Of a DNA stretch of 64,000 nt, positions 1-8,295 are shown piece after piece. Every line of letters begins with the position of its first letter. Positions within the stretch are counted from its first letter, which is position 1. The notes below the pieces were generated by a model. The model saw only the letters and a list, made by a program, of their open reading frames with translations. It did not search any database and was not told the origin of the DNA. Source of the stretch: Candidatus Micrarchaeota archaeon. Lineage in GTDB: Archaea > Micrarchaeota > Micrarchaeia > Anstonellales > Bilamarchaeaceae. The stretch is from positions 196,452 through 260,451 of the forward strand of contig JBBSVO010000006.1 in assembly GCA_038046805.1 (NCBI GenBank), read 5' to 3'. The position numbers were made by a program, and so were the translations under genes.

Positions 1-484
1 CTTTTAGAAGTGCAATATATTTTTTCAAATCCACCGGAGCGTAAATCAATAAAGTCAAAATATCTATGGAATCTTTTATTCCCTTTACTGAATTCCGCCT
101 TGCTATTTCCGCTCCTTGTTTGAGAATCAGCAGAGCCTCTGGCTTTATGGTTTTGATGTTCTGAACTTTGGTAGTATGGTCCTTCATTATATCGTTCACT
201 GGTAGTGTCAATTCAGAAAAGAACGGAACATATATGTCAATATCGAATTTTTCAAGCTTTATCTCGTATTTGTGGAGCCGTTCGTTCTTTTCCAGTCGGT
301 AGTTTTGCTGCAATTTCGCCAGAGTTTCATAATCAACAATAATGTCGATATCCTTTGACTTGTGTTTGCCAGTCCACAAATAAGCTGCCCATCCGCCAAT
401 AAGCACGAAATCAATCTCCTTTGACAGCTCCTGCAGCCTTTCCCAGCTCGCTTGCGTGACAAGTTCATTCCAAAATTCATTCAT
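1..484 (-). CDS. Nucleotidyltransferase, AbiEii/type IV toxin-like (runs off the window start)
   Basis: Not in the ORF track. Manual translation from ATG 484, which overlaps the TGA of the upstream gene: MNEFWNELVTQASWERLQELSKEIDFVLIGGWAAYLWTGKHKSKDIDIIVD...KGIKDSIDIL. Shows GG-x-A, S-x-D-I-D and KD-x-x-D motifs of Pol-beta/AbiEii nucleotidyltransferases. Confidence 0.7.
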   Translation of the reverse strand, partial: MNEFWNELVTQASWERLQELSKEIDFVLIGGWAAYLWTGKHKSKDIDIIVDYETLAKLQQNYRLEKNERLHKYEIKLEKFDIDIYVPFFSELTLPVNDIMKDHTTKVQNIKTIKPEALLILKQGAEIARRNSVKGIKDSIDILTLLIYAPVDLKKYIALLK

Positions 485-1083
485 GCCAAAACCCCATCAA
501 TTTTTTTCTCAAGCGCCTGCAAAAATTCCTTTGCGTACCAAGAGTTGATGTTCCATAAGTCAACGAACATATTCGCAATTGAGCAGATGCTTTTTTCCGT
601 AGTTTCATTCAGGTGCGAATCCACTTCGAGCATAATCAGATTTGGAGGGCCGTCCTTTTTCGGAAACTGTCTCTTGAATTCCTTTAGCACCTCATCATCC
701 GCGTAAACATAAATCTCGCTGTAGTCTGCTGGTACATCGTCGAATTTGAATTTATAGGCGCTGTACGCGGTGTAAACAACTCCTTGCGGCATGTTCTTTT
801 CTATTTCCTTTATCGTTGTATCCACTCGCGTTTGATAAATAATATTCTTTGATAAATTCCTTTTGCTTGCCCAGAACAAGAGCAGTTTTTTCGGGTCAAT
901 CAGCCTGAATCCCATAGGGGTTTTCCTTATTGCGCCCATTTCTTCAGTAGGCCTGAGCGCGTAATTCACAGTGCTTAGCGAAATTCCAAGCTTTTTGGCT
1001 ATCGCTAATTGCGTGAACTGAAATTGGCCTTTCTCAATGCGCTGGTAAAGCAGCTCTCGGTATATCCACTCGCTCCTCTGCAT
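481..1083 (-). CDS. Winged-helix transcriptional regulator / AbiEi-like antitoxin
   Basis: N-terminal HTH (TQLAIAKKLGISLSTVNYAL) and C-terminal TAYSA..YVY..FVDLW region. ATGA-coupled to the nucleotidyltransferase. Confidence 0.7.
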   Translation of the reverse strand: MQRSEWIYRELLYQRIEKGQFQFTQLAIAKKLGISLSTVNYALRPTEEMGAIRKTPMGFRLIDPKKLLLFWASKRNLSKNIIYQTRVDTTIKEIEKNMPQGVVYTAYSAYKFKFDDVPADYSEIYVYADDEVLKEFKRQFPKKDGPPNLIMLEVDSHLNETTEKSICSIANMFVDLWNINSWYAKEFLQALEKKIDGVLA

Positions 1084-1140
1084 GTTTCTATTTTTAACAT
1101 TTGTTCTTTATAAAGGTTTCGAAGATTATCGAAAACTACG

Positions 1141-1839
1141 TTATTCATTCAACGGCGGAACATATTTCCGTAATATGACTCTCTCACGTTCAACTCCAAG
1201 ACTTTCCGCAAATTCAATGTACTCTTCTGCTGTTCTTGTTTTCACTTCTCCATCATCAAATCCTATAACAAAACTTGCAAATGTGGCTATTCCACTTTTA
1301 ATACAATTCCGGACGAATTCAATCAATCTTCCGAACGCATCCTCGTCTTTCCATCTTGGTCTGGATATGGCCGCGTATTCATCGCGGTTTATCGCATTAA
1401 CCGAAATTCTTATTTCATCAAGTCCAGCTTCTCTTAATTCTTGTGCCGGATTTCCATCCCTCCAGCATTTTACTAATCCATTCGTGTCTATTCGCATTCT
1501 TCCTGTAAACCCACCCGATTTTGTTCCAGTTATTACTTTACATGCAAGCTCAAATTGCAAAAGCGGTTCTCCAAGTCCAACAAATGCAACCTCACTCGTG
1601 TCCGAGCCAATGTTTGCCCTCAGTTCACGCAATACCTCTTCTGTCAATGGTGCCTTTGCTAGCCACAACTTTGCGCCAGCCTTTTTCTCGTATATATTTG
1701 CTTTGCCTTCTATTGCTGCGCCTCTGCTGCAAAACCTGCATGAATTCGAACAAGAATAACTCGGCACTATATTCACATATAAAATATCCGCTTTTGGGTC
1801 ATACGGGGTTGCAAACTGGTATACTATCCTGTTCTTCAT
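1141..1839 (-). CDS. Radical SAM protein, resembling the TatD-associated radical SAM family
   Basis: CxxxCxxC (CSNSCRFC), GLGEPLL, IDTNG, ISVNA motifs. Confidence 0.85.
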   Translation of the reverse strand: MKNRIVYQFATPYDPKADILYVNIVPSYSCSNSCRFCSRGAAIEGKANIYEKKAGAKLWLAKAPLTEEVLRELRANIGSDTSEVAFVGLGEPLLQFELACKVITGTKSGGFTGRMRIDTNGLVKCWRDGNPAQELREAGLDEIRISVNAINRDEYAAISRPRWKDEDAFGRLIEFVRNCIKSGIATFASFVIGFDDGEVKTRTAEEYIEFAESLGVERERVILRKYVPPLNE

Positions 1840-2804
1840 TCCATCACCTCCCGTATTTTACCAGGAAATTTTTCAAAATCTGCCCCGTAGTTCGTAAGTA
1901 AGGCAAACATCATTCGTTCCAGCCCGATTCCAGTGCAACCACTCCACAATGCTGTGCAGTTCTGACCAGTAATACTAAATCTTGAAGTCAGGATGGTTGA
2001 GAGAACCGCGCTGCCAGCGACTTCCAAAAATGAGCTTCCGTTTCTGTATCCCGGGCAATATATTTCCAAGTCTTTAACCGGTATTTCATCTAATGTTTGC
2101 GGAGGCCCTAGCTCCCCGGGTTTTATCTCGTAGCATCCACTACCAACAACTATCCGGTATTCTAATCCTAAATCAACGCATAATCTTTCCAATCGGGCAA
2201 GGCATTCCTCTCTAATTTGTATGGTCTGAGCTTTAGTTCCCAAATATATAAATTCTGCCCTATGGAACTCCCTTTGTTTCACAAGAGGAACTATCTTATC
2301 AGAATCCTCGTTTCTATATGTTGGGCCAGAGCAATCAAACCATTTTACGGGCAGGGAACTTGGCTCTATCACGTTTCCTTCAAATATCTGATAAAATGTT
2401 GTACATTGCAAGGGATCCATAAGATATTCTTCCCTGACGCCTTTCGTACTTGAAAATGGTCTGACTACAATTAAATAGTCATCCCAATTACCGGTAATTC
2501 CTGCTTTTCTAAACGTTTTCACTGGGGCAATTTTTGGCAGGACTACTTCCTCAAAGACAAGCGGTTTTTGCATATCCTCCGTAAGCAACGTGCAAACCGC
2601 ATTCAGAAGTCTCGTTCCTTTTGGCAATAGCACATACTGCCCTGAGCCTCTTACGAATTCCTTACAGATATCATTTTCAGCGCGAGCATCAAAGCCCCCC
2701 GGGGTCCCTCTAAATCCTTTCTTCCCTCTTTTGATTAATGCGCCCTCGGTTGTCGGAATTTGTTTGGTTGCAGTTGTCAAAATTGGCATGATATGTTCGC
2801 TCAA
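1836..2804 (-). CDS. Methanogen-type (type 2) seryl-tRNA synthetase catalytic-domain paralog lacking the tRNA-binding domain
   Basis: Class II aaRS motif 2 (FDCSGPTYRNE...REFHRAE) and motif 3 (WSGCTGIGLER), with putative Zn ligands in QC, FHRAE and SGC. Only 322 aa. Confidence 0.8.
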   Translation of the reverse strand: MSEHIMPILTTATKQIPTTEGALIKRGKKGFRGTPGGFDARAENDICKEFVRGSGQYVLLPKGTRLLNAVCTLLTEDMQKPLVFEEVVLPKIAPVKTFRKAGITGNWDDYLIVVRPFSSTKGVREEYLMDPLQCTTFYQIFEGNVIEPSSLPVKWFDCSGPTYRNEDSDKIVPLVKQREFHRAEFIYLGTKAQTIQIREECLARLERLCVDLGLEYRIVVGSGCYEIKPGELGPPQTLDEIPVKDLEIYCPGYRNGSSFLEVAGSAVLSTILTSRFSITGQNCTALWSGCTGIGLERMMFALLTNYGADFEKFPGKIREVME

Positions 2805-2845
2805 ACCCCTTATTTATATATTTATCCTCCCAAAAGAGACTACAC

Positions 2846-3577
2846 ATGAAAGAAGACATTCTGGAGGATTTGGGGCTGTCAAAAGCCGAGATAAAAGTGT
2901 ATATTTCGCTTCTTGAACTGGGCAGCTCCAGCGCGGGCGCAATCCTTCAAAAATGCGGGCTTCAGAATTCCGTAACCCATCGTGCACTTAACAGTCTCAT
3001 AGAAAAAGGATTAATCAGTTACATCACTGAAGGAAAAAGGAAAACCTACCAGGCAACCAGCCCGGATTTCTTTTATGATTTTATCGAAGATAAGAAAACA
3101 AGGTTTGAGTTGCTGCTTCCGGAATTAAAGAAAAAACAGGAGGGGGCCGAGGCCAGGAGCGAGGCAATGGTTTACAAGGGCAAAAAAGGAATAAACGAAA
3201 TCTACAATCGCTTGTTGAATTCCGGAGAAAAGGAATACCTTACTTTTGGTGGCGGCAAGCGCGTCACTTACGAAGTTATGGGCGAAGACTGGTGGAAGCT
3301 TTTACATTCAAAGCGAATTGCAAGAGGGATTCGTGCAAGGCAGGTCTTTGACGAAACAATAAGAAAATTCGGAGATGAACTCAACAAACGTCCGTTGTCG
3401 CGCGTTCGTTTTCTTTCCCAGGAATTCGAACAATTGACTGAAACCGTAATCGTTGGCGAATGTGTGGCTATTGTTATGTTCACAGAAAATCCATACGGCA
3501 TCCTGATAAGAGACAAGTCTGTTGCCGACAGTTACAGGAAAAATTTTGAAATTCTATGGGAAAAGGCGAGGAAGTAG
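2846..3577 (+). CDS. TrmB-family transcriptional regulator
   Basis: LGLSKAEIKVYISLLELG...LIEKGLI wHTH plus C-terminal effector domain ending FEILWEKA. Divergent from the SerRS paralog. Confidence 0.85.
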   Translation: MKEDILEDLGLSKAEIKVYISLLELGSSSAGAILQKCGLQNSVTHRALNSLIEKGLISYITEGKRKTYQATSPDFFYDFIEDKKTRFELLLPELKKKQEGAEARSEAMVYKGKKGINEIYNRLLNSGEKEYLTFGGGKRVTYEVMGEDWWKLLHSKRIARGIRARQVFDETIRKFGDELNKRPLSRVRFLSQEFEQLTETVIVGECVAIVMFTENPYGILIRDKSVADSYRKNFEILWEKARK

Positions 3578-3586
3578 CCGCAAAAC

Positions 3587-5008
3587 TCAGTACCTGTCCA
3601 ATGCGCCATACTGAAATTTCGGGAAGTAAACGCTCCCACCTATAAATTCCCGCATTATTGAATCTGGAGGTATTTGTGCGATCTGCCCCGCTGTTGCAGT
3701 CTCCAATTTATCAAACAGTGCACATACTCTTTTCGCACGCAAAAGAGCATCTCCTAGTTGCTTATCAGATTGCCGTTCAAAAATTCCAAGGTACTTTCTG
3801 AAAAATCTTTCGGCATGCATCTTGAAAATAGGCAGTTCGTAAGCAAGCCCGCCGTTGATTCTAACATCTGCGGTATTGATCAACGGGAACATGGACCCCT
3901 CTCCTTTTCGTACAAGATACCAGTGCACCAACGTAAGCAGCGTATCCTGCCCTCTTGTGGCAACATCCCTGAGCATCCTTCTTATAAGGCGTACATCTGT
4001 CCATCTGGTATATCTCTCTCCGTCGTGTATTGTGTTCATTGCCTCTATATAGAGCTTGAATTTTTGTTCGTTCGGGACTGCCGAGGTCAGGTCTGGATAA
4101 AGTCCGTGCAGGCAGTCAAATACCAGCACTTCGTTTGGCCCGAGCGCTTGAAATTCCGTATGGTTCGGAATGATCTGCCCGGTTCCGAAATCATATTTCG
4201 GAATCCAAACAACTTCCCCGCGTATTATCCGTTCAAGCACTTCATTAAGTGCCTCAAGGCCGTATGCAAACGGTGTTTCATAATCCCAGTCGCTTACCTC
4301 TTTTCCATCAATTACATAAGCATGCCTCTGGTTTGAGGTTTTTGGCTGGAAGAACATATCCACCTCAAGAGGCCTGAAGGTTGTCTTGCCACGGGTAATA
4401 TCATTTATTGTCCCGCAAATCCTGTTCGCAGTAGTTGTTTTCCCAGAAGATGATGGCCCGCATACTATAAGCATGCGCAATCCTGTCCGCCCAAGGAATT
4501 CCTGTGCCGCATTTTCAAGCTCAACGTGTTTTTGCGCTTCTGCTGCACGGATAAGCTCGCGAGCATCTCTTTCCCTTCCACCGAACCAGGCATTTAATCC
4601 TTCAATGGTATGACAATCATGCTCTTCGTTCCATTTATATACTCTTGAAACTTCCGTGCGCGGAACTCCATCAACAGTAAATTGATCAGCACGGATCAGC
4701 CCCCTTTCCACAAGCTCGACTCCTGCGCCATAAAGCAAATATTCTTCTGCGAGTTCGTATGCACCAATGTTCCACATCGCCTGTTTTACCGCATTTTGGA
4801 CCTCGCCCCTAGTCGCGGTTTCCCTTTTTGTTCCGACAAGCGTCTCCACCGCCGAATCGGTTAAATCCCTTGCCCTTTTCATCGCTGGCCCAAAAGGACA
4901 ATGCTCGGTTCGCATTATCGCATCGGCTATTGCCTGTCTTATCGGAGCCCTGTTAAAATCAGTTTTTGCTCCTTTAATCGGCTGGAAATATTTTAGTGCT
5001 ACTGCCAT
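3587..5008 (-). CDS. ATP-cone + uridine kinase/phosphoribulokinase-family nucleoside kinase
   Basis: N-terminal ATP-cone-like segment (FNRAPIRQAI...EVQNAV...AEEYLLY), Walker A GPSSSGKTT, RRMLRD..TRG. Start moved to ATG 5008, which follows a TTTAAATA box. Confidence 0.75.
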   Translation of the reverse strand: MAVALKYFQPIKGAKTDFNRAPIRQAIADAIMRTEHCPFGPAMKRARDLTDSAVETLVGTKRETATRGEVQNAVKQAMWNIGAYELAEEYLLYGAGVELVERGLIRADQFTVDGVPRTEVSRVYKWNEEHDCHTIEGLNAWFGGRERDARELIRAAEAQKHVELENAAQEFLGRTGLRMLIVCGPSSSGKTTTANRICGTINDITRGKTTFRPLEVDMFFQPKTSNQRHAYVIDGKEVSDWDYETPFAYGLEALNEVLERIIRGEVVWIPKYDFGTGQIIPNHTEFQALGPNEVLVFDCLHGLYPDLTSAVPNEQKFKLYIEAMNTIHDGERYTRWTDVRLIRRMLRDVATRGQDTLLTLVHWYLVRKGEGSMFPLINTADVRINGGLAYELPIFKMHAERFFRKYLGIFERQSDKQLGDALLRAKRVCALFDKLETATAGQIAQIPPDSIMREFIGGSVYFPKFQYGALDRY

Positions 5009-5069
5009 AAAATTTATGTTGTGGAAACAATATTTAAACCTTGTTTTTACCACAAAATTTGCATCACAC

Positions 5070-5888
5070 TTACTGCAAAATCCGTTCTTCTTCTTTATAG
5101 TCGTGGTGATGAATCGGCCTTAGCCTGAGCATTGACGGGTCAATACCATATGTGGCTTCAATTCTATCCCTAATGTTTCTATCCACTCTCGCGAGCAGGA
5201 ATTGTCTTGCATTCTCGGGCCCGGAATGCCCGCATAGGCGCATTGCGTCGAAAAGCACCTGTTTTCCAGTTTCGGCTCCAAATTTGTCAAGCACTGCTAG
5301 GCATTCAAGATAAAGCATGAAATTTTCCACACAGCTGAAGGCAACTGCAGTGGCATCACCGATAATCATTCCTGCGGTTCTGTTCAAAACCCAGATTGCA
5401 TTGGCACGCATTTTATCCAGTCCTGAGTTATCCGTCCCGACCAGAAATCTTACAGAGTATTTTGCAAGAAGGGAATTTACTAATAATCTCTTTAGAATCT
5501 CTGTTTCATTGTATCTTCTGGATAGCACGTTATCTTCGTACGCATATGCTGCGGATTCTTCCAATGGGTTAGTCCATGCGCCAACAGATGGTATTTTCAA
5601 TCCTGCAACCATTGCATGAAATTCCTCATGAACCTTTGTTCCGAAATCACCAGAGCGCCGCACATCCGAATAAACGATTTTTCCATCATAATACACCCCA
5701 GCATTTTCGCGCAGGCATGCGAATCCGCCATTGCCATTACCCCTTGCCTTTTCCAATTCCCCGATTGCCGTTTTTTTGGCATCTAGTCTGGGCAACCCAT
5801 TTCCGAATACTGTAACTGAAGCAGTAATGACGTGCCTGTCGCATACCGTAATATCTGCCATGAACTGTCTTTTCTTTAAAGCGGGCAT
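5070..5888 (-). CDS. Hypothetical protein with HExxH zinc-metallopeptidase-like motif
   Basis: VHEEFHA...LEESAAY. Start moved to ATG 5888 (TTTATAA box about 25 nt upstream), which also avoids overlap with the small gene at 5996. Confidence 0.5.
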   Translation of the reverse strand: MPALKKRQFMADITVCDRHVITASVTVFGNGLPRLDAKKTAIGELEKARGNGNGGFACLRENAGVYYDGKIVYSDVRRSGDFGTKVHEEFHAMVAGLKIPSVGAWTNPLEESAAYAYEDNVLSRRYNETEILKRLLVNSLLAKYSVRFLVGTDNSGLDKMRANAIWVLNRTAGMIIGDATAVAFSCVENFMLYLECLAVLDKFGAETGKQVLFDAMRLCGHSGPENARQFLLARVDRNIRDRIEATYGIDPSMLRLRPIHHHDYKEEERILQ

Positions 5889-5995
5889 GCAGTTTATTGT
5901 CTGTAGTATGTTATAAAAAATAATCGTACGATGCTGTCGCAGATGTATCGGTATCCTTTTTATTATTTCTCTTTCAAACACCTTCAGGTGATAAT

Positions 5996-6139
5996 ATGCC
6001 AAGCTGTTTAAAATGTCAGGATTCGATGCCAGATACAATGTTTTTCCCGTGTTATCTTGAGCAACAAGGGGGAACCGTATATTATTGTTGGAACTGTTAT
6101 GGAACAATGCTCAGCACTCACAAGGCTTTGAAAAAGTGA
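5996..6139 (+). CDS. Small zinc-finger protein (47 aa)
   Basis: Not in the ORF track. AGGTGAT SD then MPSCLKCQDSMPDTMFFPCYLEQQGGTVYYCWNCYGTMLSTHKALKK, with two CxxC motifs. Confidence 0.65.
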   Translation: MPSCLKCQDSMPDTMFFPCYLEQQGGTVYYCWNCYGTMLSTHKALKK

Positions 6140-6149
6140 GTATCAGTAC

Positions 6150-6911
6150 TCATTCAAGCGCATTGTAACTATCCGTCTCAAACGTACAGTTCTTTTCGAG
6201 CGCGCCCGCGATTTCCCAGCAAATCTTTTCCTTTATCTTCATGTAGCTCTCGCGCCCGACCTCAACATTCCCGATTGCGTAATTCTTATTTTTCACATTA
6301 AAACAGAACATTGAATTATGCACATTCTCAACATTATGGCAGAACATTGAATTGGAACAATTCCGTGCTAAATCCATCTCCATGCATGCGGAAAGGTTTG
6401 AGGTATTGTAGCATTTCATGCAGAATTTTGAAGACGCTACACGATAGCAACCAAATAAGGATTCCGAATCTATTGTTGAGAATGAATATGCGGCATTCCT
6501 AGTTTTGAAAATGTCAAACGATTTGTACACGTTGATGCAGTCCAGGTACTCCGTAGTCTCGGATACGTTTATGTTCGTTCCTTCCACGAAATCCGGGACG
6601 AATAATGCGTTCTGTTTGAGTTTTTCCGTTATTGTCGAGAGCGTTTCGTTCGCTCCAATTTCAATTTTTTTGTTTTCCGCTTGCTGCAAATTGTTCCATG
6701 AAACCACTTTCCCGCGCGGGATTTTTCCAAAGAATGCGTAGTTTGGGAGGTATGTGCTTCCAGTCCCGATAACCGAGCGGATGGTTTCGCCATTCGAAAT
6801 CCGTGCGGAAAACCAATCCTCGAATTTGTCAAGTGGCGAGAGTGCGGTTCCGATTATTAATCTTGTAGTAGTTCCGAACGATTTTTCCAGTTCAGGATTT
6901 GTGTTTGCCAT
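6150..6911 (-). CDS. Hypothetical Cys-rich repeat (putative beta-helix) protein
   Basis: Repeated C-x-N/S-x-x-F-C pattern ending FCFNVKNKNYAIGN...ESY. Paralog of the neighbouring gene. Confidence 0.65.
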   Translation of the reverse strand: MANTNPELEKSFGTTTRLIIGTALSPLDKFEDWFSARISNGETIRSVIGTGSTYLPNYAFFGKIPRGKVVSWNNLQQAENKKIEIGANETLSTITEKLKQNALFVPDFVEGTNINVSETTEYLDCINVYKSFDIFKTRNAAYSFSTIDSESLFGCYRVASSKFCMKCYNTSNLSACMEMDLARNCSNSMFCHNVENVHNSMFCFNVKNKNYAIGNVEVGRESYMKIKEKICWEIAGALEKNCTFETDSYNALE

Positions 6912-6920
6912 GATAATGCC

Positions 6921-7664
6921 TCACGTATCCGGCCCAGCAATCTCGAACAAGGACGGAAATTTCTTATTCCGTGCGAGTTCATCCGCAATTTCCGCAATAA
7001 GTTTAGCTTTCAGTACAAGATACTTCTCTTTCGGCAATTCATTATTTCCGATTATGTTCCGCTTTGAAGTCTGATTAAATGAAAACAAAGCATCGTGACA
7101 GCTTCGGCAATTGAAAGAAAAGAAAAGGTCAGACGAATTTATGGAAAGATACGCTTCAAGGCATCGCACGGATTTGAATGTCACCTGCGTTCTTATTGCA
7201 AACCTTACTTCGCCAACAAGCATGCATCCATAAACGTTTTCGCATTCCCTTGCTCCGTAGGTATATGCGACGTTTTTCGAACGTATGACCTGGTGCGAAG
7301 CCAGTGTAAACGCAGCATCATTGCACGCATCGCTTTGCTCAACTTCAACACAATTGCCAATATTACTATTCCCGCAATAGTAAAGCCGCTCGCTTATAGC
7401 GGAACGGATTGAATCAATATCCTTTATGTCGTTCACATTGATGGCAGGAGTCGCCTGCTTATCAATCTCGTCAAGCGAGACAAATCCCGCCTCGCGCGAG
7501 TAATATTTTCGTGATAAATACACGTCCTTTCCCGATATCGCAGACCGCATCAGAAGCGGCTTCTCAACCATTTCTGAAAGATATTCTTGACATTCCGAAA
7601 GCTGTCCGATTTCCTTTCCGAGGAGGATTTTTGCGGTAGAAAAAAATTGCGAATCGAAATCCAT
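6921..7664 (-). CDS. Hypothetical Cys-rich repeat (putative beta-helix) protein, tandem paralog
   Basis: FSFNCRSCHDALFSFNQTSKRNIIGN...EKY. Start at MDFD after a GGGGG SD. Confidence 0.65.
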   Translation of the reverse strand: MDFDSQFFSTAKILLGKEIGQLSECQEYLSEMVEKPLLMRSAISGKDVYLSRKYYSREAGFVSLDEIDKQATPAINVNDIKDIDSIRSAISERLYYCGNSNIGNCVEVEQSDACNDAAFTLASHQVIRSKNVAYTYGARECENVYGCMLVGEVRFAIRTQVTFKSVRCLEAYLSINSSDLFFSFNCRSCHDALFSFNQTSKRNIIGNNELPKEKYLVLKAKLIAEIADELARNKKFPSLFEIAGPDT

Positions 7665-7690
7665 CTGGTGCCCCCAACAAACTACACTAC

Positions 7691-8035
7691 TCAAAATATT
7701 TTTGTTCCTACAACTGCTTCTTTTTCAGGCATCAGCAAGGCAGTTCCGTGTTTTTCAGTCCTGGCTCCTAAAACAAGCACTTCTGAAATTGCATTTGCGA
7801 TCTGTTTTGGAGGAAAATTAATAACACAGATAACCCGTCGTCCCATTAATTCCTCTTTTGAGTAATTCGTTGCCTGTGCACATGATTTTTTTATTCCAAT
7901 CTCAGATCCAAAATCTATCTTTAGTCTATAGCTTGGTTTTTTTGCTTCTTGAAAATCTTCTATTTCGATTATTTTTCCAACCCTGATTTCTACTTTTTCA
8001 AAATCGTTCCAGGTTATCTGTTCTATCTTTTCCAT
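7691..8035 (-). CDS. csaA: CsaA/Trbp111 OB-fold tRNA-binding protein
   Basis: DFEKVEIRVGKI...IDFG..G.KKS.AQ...NFPPKQIA...SEVLVLG. Confidence 0.85.
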   Translation of the reverse strand: MEKIEQITWNDFEKVEIRVGKIIEIEDFQEAKKPSYRLKIDFGSEIGIKKSCAQATNYSKEELMGRRVICVINFPPKQIANAISEVLVLGARTEKHGTALLMPEKEAVVGTKIF

Positions 8036-8130
8036 ACTCTATCACGTCCATTTTACTTATTTTAACTTTTCATAAAAAAAATCCTACAAAATTAGAAAGA
8101 TTTATATACTTTATAGTATTATGTTGAAAT

Positions 8131-8195
8131 GGAAAGGCAAGGAGCCGAGGTCCTCCCAAAGGAAATTCATCTCCCCCTCGGCGACCTTCCTCCCC
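8131..8195 (+). promoter_or_regulatory. Structured leader or small RNA downstream of the TATA box at 8101
   Basis: GCCGAGG/CCTCGGC stem with flanking complementarity (GGAAAGG/CCTTCC), beginning about 25-30 nt after TTTATATA. Confidence 0.35.
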
Positions 8196-8198
8196 AAG

Positions 8199-8290
8199 TT
8201 GCGTTTCCAGTTTTGAGTTTCGCGTCTCGCGTAACGATGCGGGATACAAAACGCTAAACGCAAGACCCAAGACGCTGGGTCCAAGACAAT
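8199..8290. repeat. Degenerate heptamer tandem repeats in inverted arrangement
   Basis: ttgcgtt tccagtt ttgagtt tcgcgtc ... aaaacgc taaacgc aagaccc aagacgc. Confidence 0.65.
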
Positions 8291-8295
8291 AGTGC

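Noticed and set aside
1082..1759. 225-aa plus-strand ORF and similar long antisense ORFs throughout the window
   Set aside because: Mirror frames of well-supported genes with no motifs of their own.
5889..6107. N-terminal extension of ORF 5070..6107
   Set aside because: A TATA box precedes ATG 5888, and a better small gene lies on the opposite strand.
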